DNA from: Fibrobacterota bacterium
GTDB lineage: Bacteria > Fibrobacterota > Chitinivibrionia > Chitinivibrionales > FEN-1185
Direction: 5' to 3'
Length of the DNA stretch: 64,000 nt
Assembly: GCA_003165595.1 (NCBI GenBank)
Contig: PLWQ01000025.1
Location: 107,832-171,831, forward strand
Part shown: positions 1 to 9,626 of the stretch, in pieces
Layout of the letters: every line of letters begins with the position of its first letter
Position numbering within the stretch: the first letter of the stretch is position 1
Notes under the pieces: generated by a model
Told to the model about the DNA's origin: nothing
The model's database searches: none
Seen by the model: only the letters and a program-made list of their open reading frames with translations
Translations under genes and position numbers: made by a program

Positions 1-2
1 GC

Positions 3-2141
3 ATCACGGGCATCAGTTTTATGCCCGGCCAGAACGACACGAGCCAGGTTCGGGTCACCATTTACATGCCGGGAACGCCCAGGTCCACCAAGCCCATGAT
101 CGGCGGCCGTTTTTCGTTTGAAACCGTTCCGGCGGGCCATTACCAGATGATCTTCGACCCAACCCTCAATTTGTACCATGTCAAGGTCCTCGATGTTACT
201 GTTGCTCCCGGGCAGCTCCTCGATCTCGACACGGTGGTTTTGTACAGCGATTCGATAACCGGCTTGCCCAAGGTTGATGCAGGCAAGGATACAACGATAT
301 CTATGAACGACACCATCCGCCTGCACGGAAAGGCCGCAGACCCATACGGCAGAATTGTCAGAATGGAATGGGACATTGGTGCCACGGGACACTTTATAGC
401 CACGGTCTCCGGTGACACTGCCATTTACCTCGGCGCCATCAAGGATACTGTGTTTCCATGCGTGCTTCGCGCCACCGACAACGATTCCAACAAGGTCTGC
501 GACACGGTGAGGATAAAAATCCTTCAGGATATTCCAATATGCCATGTAACCGCCCGGGACACTATTGCCTATCCGGGCGATACGGATTTTATTTCCGTCG
601 ACTTTGCTGATACCCTTGGCACGGTTACAAAAATTGAATGGGACATCGGCGCCACCGGAACTTTTGTAAAACATTCTTCCTTGATAGTGGGAGATACGGT
701 CATTGTTATACCCCATAGCGCCGGCCGTGTTTACAAATGCGTTTTCCGCGTCACCAACAGTGCCGGGAACACGGCAACCGACACTGCCCGGATCGCGATT
801 GTTACTCCGGTCTTGACGGATTCCATAGTTGAAATAACTCTGCCGGTTACCGTGAACGCACCACTGTTGTTTACGGAATATTCCTCGGCAACTTTTCCCG
901 TCGTGATGTTTAAATGGGATTTTGAAGCCGACGGTATCTGGGACGACAGCAGTTCGAGCTCCTCTGTTATTACCCACACCTTCACCACCATCGGCACAAA
1001 GAAAATCGTTTGTCTGGTGCGGGATACAAGGGGCAATACGGCAATTGATTCCATGATCGTGCACGTGGTCTCCGCCGTTCCTCCCGATACCGGAACCACG
1101 ATTATCCTGCATGAAGCTGACAACCCGCACATCATAAGCTCTGCACTGGTTGTTCCTGCCGGCAAAACCCTGATTGTGGAACCGGGAGCTGTTATCTACT
1201 TGGATTCTGAGGCGACCATTCAGGTTGCCGGGGCGATTTCGGCAAAGGGAACCATCTCAAATAGGATTCTATTTTCGTGGAATCCATCCGGTACCTTCAG
1301 CCAATGGAGCTCGATAAGTATTCAGAATAATTCCAAGGGTACTTTTGAATATTGCGATTTTTCGGAGGCCGACAGGGTGATTGACATAAGTGGTTATCAC
1401 AAGGATACAACGATGGTGCTGCAGTGCAATTTTGGGAATAGTACCAATGCAATCACTGGCGTATGTTGCGGAGCCCCCTGTATAATACGGCACTGCCATT
1501 TTGAAGGAATCGGGTCTCCGCTGTCTTTTAGCGGATCTGACTCCAGCTGTTCAATTATTGCCGACAGCAACATATTCATTGGATTTGGGTTGGTGATGAG
1601 CGATCATGGACATTTGCTTTTTTCAAATAATTCTTTGGATGGTCAAAACTATTCGGAGCAAGGATTATGCGTATCCGGTGTGAGCGCAACAATAATCAAC
1701 AACACGATACAAAACAATGTGGTCTACGGAATTGGAATACAAGCCAGTGCGACACCCGATCATATCGGAATAATTTCCCACAATATGCTCACCAAAAATG
1801 GAGGGAATGATCCAACGAGTCCTTATGGCGGAATCTTTTGCCAAGACAGCCAATACACAATTGAAGAAAACACGGTCTCCGAAAATAAAAATGGTCTCGT
1901 GGTCTCCTGCCCCGTCTTACGATCGTGTACCAACAACAATATCCTCAACAACACCTACTATGATTTCAAGGTTCTCGCTGTTGCTAAAAGCGACATACGC
2001 GCCACCGGCAACTGGTGGGGAACATCTGATACCGCGACGATTCGAACGAGAATATTCGATCATAATAACGACAGCACGCTGGGCAACCTGATCTTCACGC
2101 CGGTCCTTACCTCCCCCGTTCCCGACGCCGGACCGCCGTAG
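3..2141 (+). CDS. secreted repeat protein with PKD/Ig-like repeats and C-terminal right-handed parallel beta-helix; 5' end truncated by window edge
   Basis: The frame is open from nt 3 through the ATG at 21 and no signal peptide follows M21, so the gene probably starts upstream of the window. PKD-like units 'EWDIGATG.F' and 'FKWDFEADGIWD' are repeated. Beta-helix turns include 'NNTIQNNVVYGIGI' and 'ENTVSENKNGLVV'. 'GNWWGTSD' lies near the C-terminus. Confidence 0.75.
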   Translation: MTGISFMPGQNDTSQVRVTIYMPGTPRSTKPMIGGRFSFETVPAGHYQMIFDPTLNLYHVKVLDVTVAPGQLLDLDTVVLYSDSITGLPKVDAGKDTTISMNDTIRLHGKAADPYGRIVRMEWDIGATGHFIATVSGDTAIYLGAIKDTVFPCVLRATDNDSNKVCDTVRIKILQDIPICHVTARDTIAYPGDTDFISVDFADTLGTVTKIEWDIGATGTFVKHSSLIVGDTVIVIPHSAGRVYKCVFRVTNSAGNTATDTARIAIVTPVLTDSIVEITLPVTVNAPLLFTEYSSATFPVVMFKWDFEADGIWDDSSSSSSVITHTFTTIGTKKIVCLVRDTRGNTAIDSMIVHVVSAVPPDTGTTIILHEADNPHIISSALVVPAGKTLIVEPGAVIYLDSEATIQVAGAISAKGTISNRILFSWNPSGTFSQWSSISIQNNSKGTFEYCDFSEADRVIDISGYHKDTTMVLQCNFGNSTNAITGVCCGAPCIIRHCHFEGIGSPLSFSGSDSSCSIIADSNIFIGFGLVMSDHGHLLFSNNSLDGQNYSEQGLCVSGVSATIINNTIQNNVVYGIGIQASATPDHIGIISHNMLTKNGGNDPTSPYGGIFCQDSQYTIEENTVSENKNGLVVSCPVLRSCTNNNILNNTYYDFKVLAVAKSDIRATGNWWGTSDTATIRTRIFDHNNDSTLGNLIFTPVLTSPVPDAGPP

Positions 2142-2266
2142 CAGCCGGGGGATTGGCCCGAAACCGAGTCACCCAAAGACATTCTAAATTGACATACCAG
2201 AATATGGTCCTGCGCGAGCTTTGTCCGGATTTGTTGAAATTGTCCAGAAGGAAAAGGAGGAGTCCA

Positions 2267-2800
2267 ATGAAGATCGTATCTGTTCTTATTCTCATGTATG
2301 CCCTGAGCGCAAGCGCCCAGGACATCGATTCAATTTTCGACGCGATCAAGGCCGACAGCATTGCCAGATGTGCAAGCGCTCGCGCGGAAACTTCAAAGCC
2401 GGCAAGAACCGAGGCCGTCGAACCTTCGGTCGACACCCAGGCCGTCCGAAAGGCTGTGGACAGCCTCATCCGTGTCATTAAAAGGGACAGCGCCGTTCTA
2501 CGGAAGGCAGACCAAAAAATATTCCAGGGCCAGGACATCGGGCACGACAGGAAGCTGTCGGTAGAGACACGCACGGAGTGCATTGCCTTCTTGGTCGTCA
2601 AGAAGCTCCGAAGGGACGAGGATGTCGTGGATTATCTTGAAAAGCTGCTGAGGTACAATCTTGACAAAGTGACCCTGTACCGGATCATGCATCCGATTGT
2701 CCCGTCCGAAGATCAGTATTTGTGCGCGGCATATCTGCGGAAAACAAAAACCGAAAGCGCGAAAATCCAGGCCATTATAGACAGGCTGGTAGTGAAGTGA
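2267..2800 (+). CDS. hypothetical secreted alpha-helical protein
   Basis: ATG 2267 is preceded by AGGAGG (2255-2260). Signal peptide MKIVSVLILMYALSASAQ. The longer 2153 start in the ORF track has no RBS. No domain recognised. Confidence 0.6.
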   Translation: MKIVSVLILMYALSASAQDIDSIFDAIKADSIARCASARAETSKPARTEAVEPSVDTQAVRKAVDSLIRVIKRDSAVLRKADQKIFQGQDIGHDRKLSVETRTECIAFLVVKKLRRDEDVVDYLEKLLRYNLDKVTLYRIMHPIVPSEDQYLCAAYLRKTKTESAKIQAIIDRLVVK

Positions 2801-3013
2801 CTGTCGCTCTTTGCCGATCCGGGGTTCATTATAGATTTGGCGTTAAATTGCGCAATGAATGTTTTAGTTTCCGACTTGTCCTACAGGTTGTATCTTGTAT
2901 CTATCAAGGTCGAATCGTCCGTTGAATTTCGTTTGCTTGCGGCAATTAGTGCATCGAAAATAGGCACCTGTTCGCAATAGAGGTACACGTTTACATTCTA
3001 CCGGAGGCATTTC

Positions 3014-5134
3014 ATGAAAATCATTCCAGTATTTCTATTTGCCCTTCTTGTTTCTGCGAACCTTGCCTTTCCCCAGACCTATCCCCCGACATTCGACGTG
3101 CCGATCACTTTTTTCGACTTTCATTCCGACGGGAGCTGCCCGGATTTCAACCCGGGAACGAGTCCCAACAAATGGCTTGTCAACATGGTGAAGGACTCGC
3201 TGGACAAGGATGGTCTGCCGGTGCGAAGCGACTCTCTATTGTACAGCTACGAAGTCGGCAAATGGTTCCGGCCGTGGAGGCAGGGAAACGATTTCGAAAG
3301 GCCGGTGTATGCAGCAGGTGGAAAATCGCTTCAGAGTTTTGCAACAGTTCCCTACGATACGTCGTACAAAAATGTCGTTATCCAGCAGAATCTGACATTT
3401 ACCTACGTTCCCGGCTCGCAGGGGCAGTACCAATTCCAGAGCGGCATGTTCGTTCCGCTTGACAATTTGGGCTTTGGCGCCGACAGCAATACGCTCAGCT
3501 ACAACGGGACGCCCATCGGTCGGACGATGAACCCTCACAACTACTCCTTCACCATGCATCTGAGAAGGACTTTCAAATATTCCCCCGGCCAGAGCCTTTT
3601 TTTTCAGGGCGATGACGATTGCTGGATATTCCTCAACGGCCGGCTCGTGCTTGACATTGGTGGAATTCACAATGTGACATCGGGACAGTTCGTGTTGAAC
3701 AACGGGATAGCATATGTCTGGTGCGGCATGTTTGGCAGTACTGATACGACCCTTGCGCCGCTGAAGACGGCCTTGAACCTCGGACTTATTTCCGGGGCAA
3801 CCGCAACGATGGACATCTTCTATTGCGAACGTCAAGCCGTGGGTTCCGACATTGGTATTACGTCCGATATTATTTCAGCGCCGGGGGTTTTGCCGCCGCC
3901 GCAGATCACGTTTGCCATGTCGGTAGCTCCTCGCCTCGACACTATTTCCGCCGGCGACTCAATCACCACGACTGTAACGGTTTTCGATGATTCAGGCAAG
4001 ACTCACCCGGAATACGCAAGCCTTGCGGCCTGGAAACTTGCTCCTGCAGGCACCAGAAGTACGTTGAAAGCTCTCACGGGCAGCAGCAACGTGTTTCACG
4101 GGGTCGAGGCCTACAAATGGTATTCCATCGTCGCCACCCTGGCAGATCCTGCGAATCCGGGCCGCCTATTTATAGACACCGTCAAGGTATATGTCGAGCC
4201 TGGTCCTGCCGACCATCTGCTTATAGAAGGGACTTTCGATTCCTCGATCAGCCCCAATGCCGAAAACCGGCTCGGCGGTTTCATTTTCCCGGGAACGGTC
4301 GTTAGGGACACCGTGTATGCAATACTGAGGGACCATTTCGGCAACTTTGTCGGCCATGCCGCGTCTGTAGCCTGGGTCTCCCGGATGGTTTCTGTTGTCA
4401 CCGTGGCTTCTGCCCTGGTCAATCTTGGAGAAGGAGAAATTACACGTGTATCAACAGGCAACGACTCTGCCTATGTTGTTGCGACGCAGGCGGCGATGAA
4501 GGATTCGGTGCAGGTGATACTCAGCAGCGTGACATTTACGAAACTCACGTATTCGCAGGTCCGGATCGGCGTCCTCGGTTCGGATGATATCGACTCTTTG
4601 CAGATACGAGCCGGCCGGGACACCACGCTCTTTGCGCGCGGCCTGCGCAGCGACGGAAGCGGCATCTGGGACACGGTCCCGGCGGGATGGTGGACCGGCG
4701 GCGCCGGACTCTCTTTCGACAATTCACCTCCCGCCAAGGCAACCTCGTGGACTTTGAGTCCCGCGGCGGCTGGAGCGGGGAGAATAATCGTCGGGTTCAA
4801 TTCGGACAACCACCCGCTTTTCGATTCGATAACGGTCGATGTGACCGCGGCAACCGGACTTTCGCCGCATAATGCTCACAGTAGTATTCCCACGTTGTGC
4901 GTCAGGATTCCCAACGCCGGAATTCGTGAGTTCACCCTGCCACCCGATGTTGCAAATGCGAAGCTTTCCTTTGTCCTGTATTCGATGTCCGGTAAAGTAG
5001 TTTGCAAAATAGAAGCTATCAACCCGGAAAAGCCGGTAGATCTAAACTTCTCGCTACAGCCGGGTATATACCTCGTGAATATTCGGGCATCGGTCCGGCA
5101 GATTGTGAAGAGCAGATTTGTGATTGTGAAATAG
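3014..5134 (+). CDS. fibro-slime/PA14-domain secreted protein with Ig-like middle region and T9SS-like C-terminal sorting tail
   Basis: GGAGG (3003-3007) lies 6 nt before ATG 3014. Signal peptide MKIIPVFLFALLVSANLAFPQ. 'PITFFDFHSDG' and 'FFQGDDDCWIFLNGRLVLDIGGIHN' match the fibro-slime/PA14 core. C-terminal tail 'LQPGIYLVNIRASVRQIVKSRFVIVK'. Confidence 0.85.
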   Translation: MKIIPVFLFALLVSANLAFPQTYPPTFDVPITFFDFHSDGSCPDFNPGTSPNKWLVNMVKDSLDKDGLPVRSDSLLYSYEVGKWFRPWRQGNDFERPVYAAGGKSLQSFATVPYDTSYKNVVIQQNLTFTYVPGSQGQYQFQSGMFVPLDNLGFGADSNTLSYNGTPIGRTMNPHNYSFTMHLRRTFKYSPGQSLFFQGDDDCWIFLNGRLVLDIGGIHNVTSGQFVLNNGIAYVWCGMFGSTDTTLAPLKTALNLGLISGATATMDIFYCERQAVGSDIGITSDIISAPGVLPPPQITFAMSVAPRLDTISAGDSITTTVTVFDDSGKTHPEYASLAAWKLAPAGTRSTLKALTGSSNVFHGVEAYKWYSIVATLADPANPGRLFIDTVKVYVEPGPADHLLIEGTFDSSISPNAENRLGGFIFPGTVVRDTVYAILRDHFGNFVGHAASVAWVSRMVSVVTVASALVNLGEGEITRVSTGNDSAYVVATQAAMKDSVQVILSSVTFTKLTYSQVRIGVLGSDDIDSLQIRAGRDTTLFARGLRSDGSGIWDTVPAGWWTGGAGLSFDNSPPAKATSWTLSPAAAGAGRIIVGFNSDNHPLFDSITVDVTAATGLSPHNAHSSIPTLCVRIPNAGIREFTLPPDVANAKLSFVLYSMSGKVVCKIEAINPEKPVDLNFSLQPGIYLVNIRASVRQIVKSRFVIVK

Positions 5135-5223
5135 CACTCGCTGGGAAGAGGGCTACGACTTCTCTGTCTATCCGGTGTTGGAGAGCTGCGCCCCACCCCG
5201 AAATCGCGGAGTATTCGGCGGGG

Positions 5224-6417
5224 CTATGGCGCCTCCGGAGACTCTTCCTTGGCAAGCGGCGCGTTTTCCCGCGCGAGTTGCTCCTCCCGGTTGTGCCGCC
5301 CGAATTCCGATCCGTAAATTTCGATCATTGCCATGAACAGCGCCGCGATCACGGGCCCCACGATGAACCCCATCGCTCCGAACGCACCGATGCCGCCAAT
5401 GGTGGAGAAAAAGACGAGCAGGTCGTGCAGCTTGGCATCCTGGCCCACGACACGCGGGCGAACAAAATTGTCGACGATGGTGACTACCACGACTCCGATA
5501 ATGAGTATGCCCGCGCCCCGCCAGGCGTGGCCCAGAAGAATCTCGATCACTCCCGCGGGAACCAGCACCATCCATGCGCCCAGGAGCGGAAGGATCGACA
5601 TGATGACCATGGCCACGCCCCACACCAGCCAGCTCTTGACGCCGAAGGCAAGCAGCGTGAGGCCGCCGAGCGTTCCCTGGATGAGGCCGACAATGATGGT
5701 ACCCCGCACGGTGGCTCGCGACACGAGCACAAACCTGTTGAAGATCAGGTCTTCGTACCGGTGCGGCAGCGGGCTGATGCGGCGCAGCCTTCCCACGATG
5801 CGCTCGCCGTCGACGAACAGGTAGAACATGATGAATAGCATGCACGCGAGAACAAACACAAACTCGAACATCCCCGCCGACGTGCGCGCAACCACTTTTG
5901 TCATTGTTGCGCCGAGCGAGGCCGCCGAATTGTTGACCGGAGTTCGCCAGTCGATGCCGCCGAGCTGCAGCCGATGGACCATTCTCGCTGCCCGCGGCAT
6001 GCGCAGAACGTCGGTTTTGAATACCGTCACCACGCGGTGCATCTGAGGACGTGCTTCCCGCACAAAATCCAATGCTTCGTTGCCGACAACAACGATCCCG
6101 CCGTACATGGGCGCAAGAATCCCCAGCACGAGCACTGCACAGCAGCACAGAGAGCTGAGCACGCGGTTGCCGCGCAGCAGCCTGCGCATCCAGGTATACA
6201 TCGGATAAAACAACACTGTAAAAGTGGCGGCGAGGATAAGCGGAACGAAGAAGATGCGAATGACGTACAGGAACAGCACGGCAACCGCGATTATCGTTAC
6301 CGCTATCGCGTTCCTGCCGAGCTGGCGGGCATGGCTGTCGTGCCTGCGGTCGGGCGCATCTGCCGTGTTGATAAGGGCGACTGGGGTTCTTTCGCCCGCG
6401 GTTGCGTCGTCGGTCAT
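5224..6417 (-). CDS. AI-2E family transporter (PerM/UPF0118-like permease)
   Basis: Polytopic membrane protein with family-typical 'FFVPLILAATFTVLFYPMYTWMRRLL' and a C-terminal 'VFFSTIGGIGAFGAMGFIVGPVIAALF'. Start trimmed to M67 (ATG at 6417), because the upstream extension is Arg/Gly-rich and overlaps the divergent GNAT gene. Confidence 0.8.
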   Translation of the reverse strand: MTDDATAGERTPVALINTADAPDRRHDSHARQLGRNAIAVTIIAVAVLFLYVIRIFFVPLILAATFTVLFYPMYTWMRRLLRGNRVLSSLCCCAVLVLGILAPMYGGIVVVGNEALDFVREARPQMHRVVTVFKTDVLRMPRAARMVHRLQLGGIDWRTPVNNSAASLGATMTKVVARTSAGMFEFVFVLACMLFIMFYLFVDGERIVGRLRRISPLPHRYEDLIFNRFVLVSRATVRGTIIVGLIQGTLGGLTLLAFGVKSWLVWGVAMVIMSILPLLGAWMVLVPAGVIEILLGHAWRGAGILIIGVVVVTIVDNFVRPRVVGQDAKLHDLLVFFSTIGGIGAFGAMGFIVGPVIAALFMAMIEIYGSEFGRHNREEQLARENAPLAKEESPEAP

Positions 6418-6613
6418 TTTCGTTTGGCCCTCGGGTCGCGGCCGCGATTGTGCGGCCGGTTGTTTAAAATATACATTTTCTGCCGGTGCGCTCCCGGGTA
6501 AAGAACCGCGGCCGCGGCAGCCGGGAACTTTTGCCTTCCGATTGTCGCCGGCACGGACGTTATGTATTTTAACTGTCTTTGTCAACGCACGCATCCAGCA
6601 AAGGATCTCCATC

Positions 6614-7087
6614 ATGCACGATATGCTTGTTAAGCTCTACGATCTTCCCGACGACTGCTCCGTTGTGCAGAAAACCCTGGAACACGACGTTGTTATCCGG
6701 AAACCGATCGGCCCGGAAAAACACCTGATAGTCCAATGGGTGAAGGACAAGTTCAGCAAGGCCTGGTCGAGCGAGACCGACATGGCGTTTTCAAACAGGC
6801 CGGTATCGTGCTTTATCGCGCTTAAAGGCAGGAAGCCGGTTGGTTTTGCCTGCTATGATGCGACCGCTCTGGGTTACTTTGGGCCCACCGGGGTCGAGGG
6901 CGGTTACCGCAATAAAGGAATCGGGACGGCGTTGCTCTTTGCGTGTTTGCAGGACATGAAGCTCAAGGGGTATGGCTACGCGATAGTCGGTGGCGTTGGC
7001 CCGGCGGACTATTACAGAAAGACCGTGAATGCTGTTGACATACAGGAATCCACGCCGGGAATCTGGAAGACGTGGCTTCAGGAATAA
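6614..7087 (+). CDS. GNAT family N-acetyltransferase
   Basis: ATG 6614 with AAGGA upstream. Acetyl-CoA-binding motif 'GYRNKGIGTALLFACLQDMKLKGYGYAIV'. The N-terminal 130 aa of ORF 6224..7087 were rejected as antisense to the transporter. Confidence 0.8.
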   Translation: MHDMLVKLYDLPDDCSVVQKTLEHDVVIRKPIGPEKHLIVQWVKDKFSKAWSSETDMAFSNRPVSCFIALKGRKPVGFACYDATALGYFGPTGVEGGYRNKGIGTALLFACLQDMKLKGYGYAIVGGVGPADYYRKTVNAVDIQESTPGIWKTWLQE

Positions 7088-7097
7088 TAAAACTCAC

Positions 7098-7220
7098 CAC
7101 AGAGACACAGAGGACACCGAGAAGAAACGGATTAAAGATTGAAAATTAAAGATTAGAAATTCTTAATCTTGAATCTCTAATTTTTGACTTCTTCATCTCC
7201 GTGTTCTCCGTGCCTCTGTG
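7098..7220. repeat. long imperfect AT-rich inverted repeat (about 60-nt arms) between convergent genes; probable bidirectional terminator or REP-like element
   Basis: The left arm 'CACAGAGACACAGAGGACACCGAGAAGAA...' is roughly the reverse complement of the right arm '...TTCTTCATCTCCGTGTTCTCCGTGCCTCTGTG'. Each arm is built of about 8-nt units (CACAGAG / CTCYGTG). The AT-rich centre is 'AAAGATTAGAAATTCTTAATCTT'. Confidence 0.7.
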
Positions 7221-7230
7221 AATCTCCTTC

Positions 7231-8652
7231 CTACGGTTTCCCCGAGAACGCCCCTGCCGAGTCGAGCCAGGCAAACGTCCGTGCCAACAGCCCCGTATCC
7301 AGCACGCCCACGCCGTCCACGTACTGCGAGAAGAACTCCGACAAGTCTATGTTCGTCCCCTCCTGGAGACATTCCTTGAACTCTTCGCGTGAGAAAGCGC
7401 CGTGTTCGAAGCGCGTGCACAGCGACCCGGTTCTGGAGAACAGCGTCGCCGAATTGCCGGTGGCGCTCCGGAGCGTCTTGTCGAGGATCATGTTGACTTG
7501 CGCGCCCTTTGTATAAACAAGTACGATGCCGTTGCGCAAGGTGTCCGGGTAGAACAGGTGGTCCCGCACCCAGGGATCCGACAGCGCGTGCGACCGCACG
7601 CCCGGATTGCCCGAGAGATCGAGCACCAAGTGTTGCCTGATGGTGTCTGTCGAAAGCCCGAGACTCCCGCTCAGGACAAGGCCGAGATACGAGGCGGTCG
7701 CCTCCTTCCACCACGGATCGGCCAGGTCGCCGGTGCGGATGCCAACCCACCCGTGAAGCGCCTCGTGCGGCACAACGTAACGGAAGGCGTTCTGGTACCA
7801 GTTGTTCGACCAGTTGAACATGAAGAACGAGAACAGCCCTTCCATGCCCGACCCTGAATCCTGAAGGATGACGGCGCGGGGCTTCTGTATCGCCGGGAAG
7901 ACGCCCGCGCACATGCTGTCGACCTTCACAAGATCGGAACACAACGTCGACACAAAGGCCCCTTCCCCGTCGTGAGACGAAATCACCGCCACCTCGTTGT
8001 TTCCTTCGCCGCACGATGATACGCGGCTGCACACCGCGAACTGCACAAAGAACAGCTCGTACGCGGTAAACGCGTCGAACTCGCCGGAGAGAATACCGTG
8101 GGCCTGCCTGCCCGCAGGAAGATTTATTGACACGTGCGCATCTATTCCCGAGCGCCACAGGCCCGGCTTGTTTTCGGCGAAATCCGGGACGCAAAACAGA
8201 TAGTTTCCCTGATAGTACCAGTCGGCGCCGCCCGAGGCGCCCGGAAGCACGGTTTTCATATATGAGTTCGGCCCGTAGGGAAACGTGACATCGTAGTCGA
8301 TTGTAAAGGACGAGGCCGGCGTGCGTACTACCATTTCCTGGGCCGAATCGCCGGCCCAGGCGCCCTCGGCCAGAGGATCCTCCACGGTGGCGCCCGTTAC
8401 CTTAATGTTGTGTACGTTATTTCCCAGGAACGGGAGACGCGGGTTGTCGGCGTCGAACGGCGGGAAGAGGATTTTCTCCAGGCCGCCGGCGCGGTTTGCG
8501 GCAAGCGTTGCGGACACATGCAGGGAATCGCCGGAGTAAAACGAGACGGTATACGACATTCGGGGCACAAACGGCTGCGGCTGCTGGCTTTCTTTTCCGC
8601 ATGACGCGGCGAGAAGCAGTGCGCAGGCTGCGATTGCGGTAAGAAGCTTCAT
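7231..8652 (-). CDS. lipoprotein, gluzincin (M1/M61-like) zinc metallopeptidase
   Basis: Start at M82 gives MKLLTAIAACALLLAASC, a signal peptide plus Cys lipobox. HEXXH 'HEALHGW' is followed about 17 aa later by 'WWKEATASY' (third ligand Glu). The ATG overlaps the stop of the upstream gene (TGATG at 8650-8654). Confidence 0.75.
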   Translation of the reverse strand: MKLLTAIAACALLLAASCGKESQQPQPFVPRMSYTVSFYSGDSLHVSATLAANRAGGLEKILFPPFDADNPRLPFLGNNVHNIKVTGATVEDPLAEGAWAGDSAQEMVVRTPASSFTIDYDVTFPYGPNSYMKTVLPGASGGADWYYQGNYLFCVPDFAENKPGLWRSGIDAHVSINLPAGRQAHGILSGEFDAFTAYELFFVQFAVCSRVSSCGEGNNEVAVISSHDGEGAFVSTLCSDLVKVDSMCAGVFPAIQKPRAVILQDSGSGMEGLFSFFMFNWSNNWYQNAFRYVVPHEALHGWVGIRTGDLADPWWKEATASYLGLVLSGSLGLSTDTIRQHLVLDLSGNPGVRSHALSDPWVRDHLFYPDTLRNGIVLVYTKGAQVNMILDKTLRSATGNSATLFSRTGSLCTRFEHGAFSREEFKECLQEGTNIDLSEFFSQYVDGVGVLDTGLLARTFAWLDSAGAFSGKP

Positions 8653-9626
8653 CAGAAGATTCTTCGGTAATACGTCTTTCGCTGGCACCCGTTTGCACCC
8701 ATGGATTCCTTGAATTCTATGAGCGACCACGACGGCTCCATGGGGTCGATGCTGAAGGTGTCGGCAGATACGCCGTAGTCGAAATACCGGAATCCCTTCT
8801 GGTTGCTCCAGCGAATCGAGTGCTCGATGAGGTAATTGACCGCGAACAGGTTGTGATAATCGTACAGATGCATGGTATAAAAGTTGAGCACGCACTGTTT
8901 GTTGCAGGCAAACAAAAGCTCTCCGGCGACCGGCGCGTTCTCGTAGTAGGCCATAAACAGCGTCATCATGCCGGGAAGCAGGGATTCGATCTTCTTGATT
9001 TCGTCAAGCGTATGCGTGGGAGTTACGTGGAACTTCTCCTTGTTCTTGAGCAGGATCGGGTAAAACGCGTCGAAGTCTTTGTTTTCCTCCACGCGCACGC
9101 CCTTGTTGATCGCCTTGTTTATCTTGTGCCGGGTGTTGCGCGACAGCTCTTCCTTGCCGTGGATTATGGAAAAGTCAATGACGGACGAAAAAAGGCTCGA
9201 CAGCATGATAAAATGGTTGTAATGCATGGCGTATTCTATGGACTCGTTGAAAGTGGCGTTGTAGATCTGCATGGGCGGCGTGAGGTACACTTCCTTGATG
9301 AGACTGGACGCGCAATAGCGGATGAAAGACTTGACTATTGCATCGGCGTCCTGGAGCCCCAGCCGGGCCCGCACTACGAACCCGCCGAAGCTGGCTCCCA
9401 TGGGGCTCTTGAACATGTCGCCCGACAACCCGCCAGGCAGCAGCGCGACAAGCTCGTCTCCCTTGTAGAACATCAGGTGATGGAAGTCGAACCTGCCCTG
9501 CGGATGGTAATCGAGAAAGGTCTGCGAATGGAACACGGTACCGTTGTTTGACGTCTCGACAAAGGCGTTCCATTCGGCCCTGCGTTCGGGCGCGTAGGCG
9601 ACGATGGTGATGGCGGATTCTGCCAT
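8652..9626 (-). CDS. FemAB-like / BioF2-like GNAT acyltransferase
   Basis: 324 aa. 'ERRAEWNAFVETSNNGTVFHSQTFLDYH' and 'LMFYKGDELVALLPGG' are typical of the FemAB / Acetyltransf_6 family. Translationally coupled to the downstream peptidase. Confidence 0.65.
   Translation of the reverse strand: MAESAITIVAYAPERRAEWNAFVETSNNGTVFHSQTFLDYHPQGRFDFHHLMFYKGDELVALLPGGLSGDMFKSPMGASFGGFVVRARLGLQDADAIVKSFIRYCASSLIKEVYLTPPMQIYNATFNESIEYAMHYNHFIMLSSLFSSVIDFSIIHGKEELSRNTRHKINKAINKGVRVEENKDFDAFYPILLKNKEKFHVTPTHTLDEIKKIESLLPGMMTLFMAYYENAPVAGELLFACNKQCVLNFYTMHLYDYHNLFAVNYLIEHSIRWSNQKGFRYFDYGVSADTFSIDPMEPSWSLIEFKESMGANGCQRKTYYRRIF

Noticed and set aside
5002-6148. Cluster of long ORFs (5002..5838 plus strand, 5168..6148 minus strand, 5333..5824 plus strand) overlapping the AI-2E transporter
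   Set aside because: Only the 5224..6417 minus-strand frame gives a coherent polytopic permease. The others are His/Arg/Pro-rich alternative frames.
7193-8194. 333-aa minus-strand ORF in a second frame over the peptidase gene
   Set aside because: It uses a different frame of the same strand as the HEXXH peptidase, is extremely Arg-rich, and has no start context.
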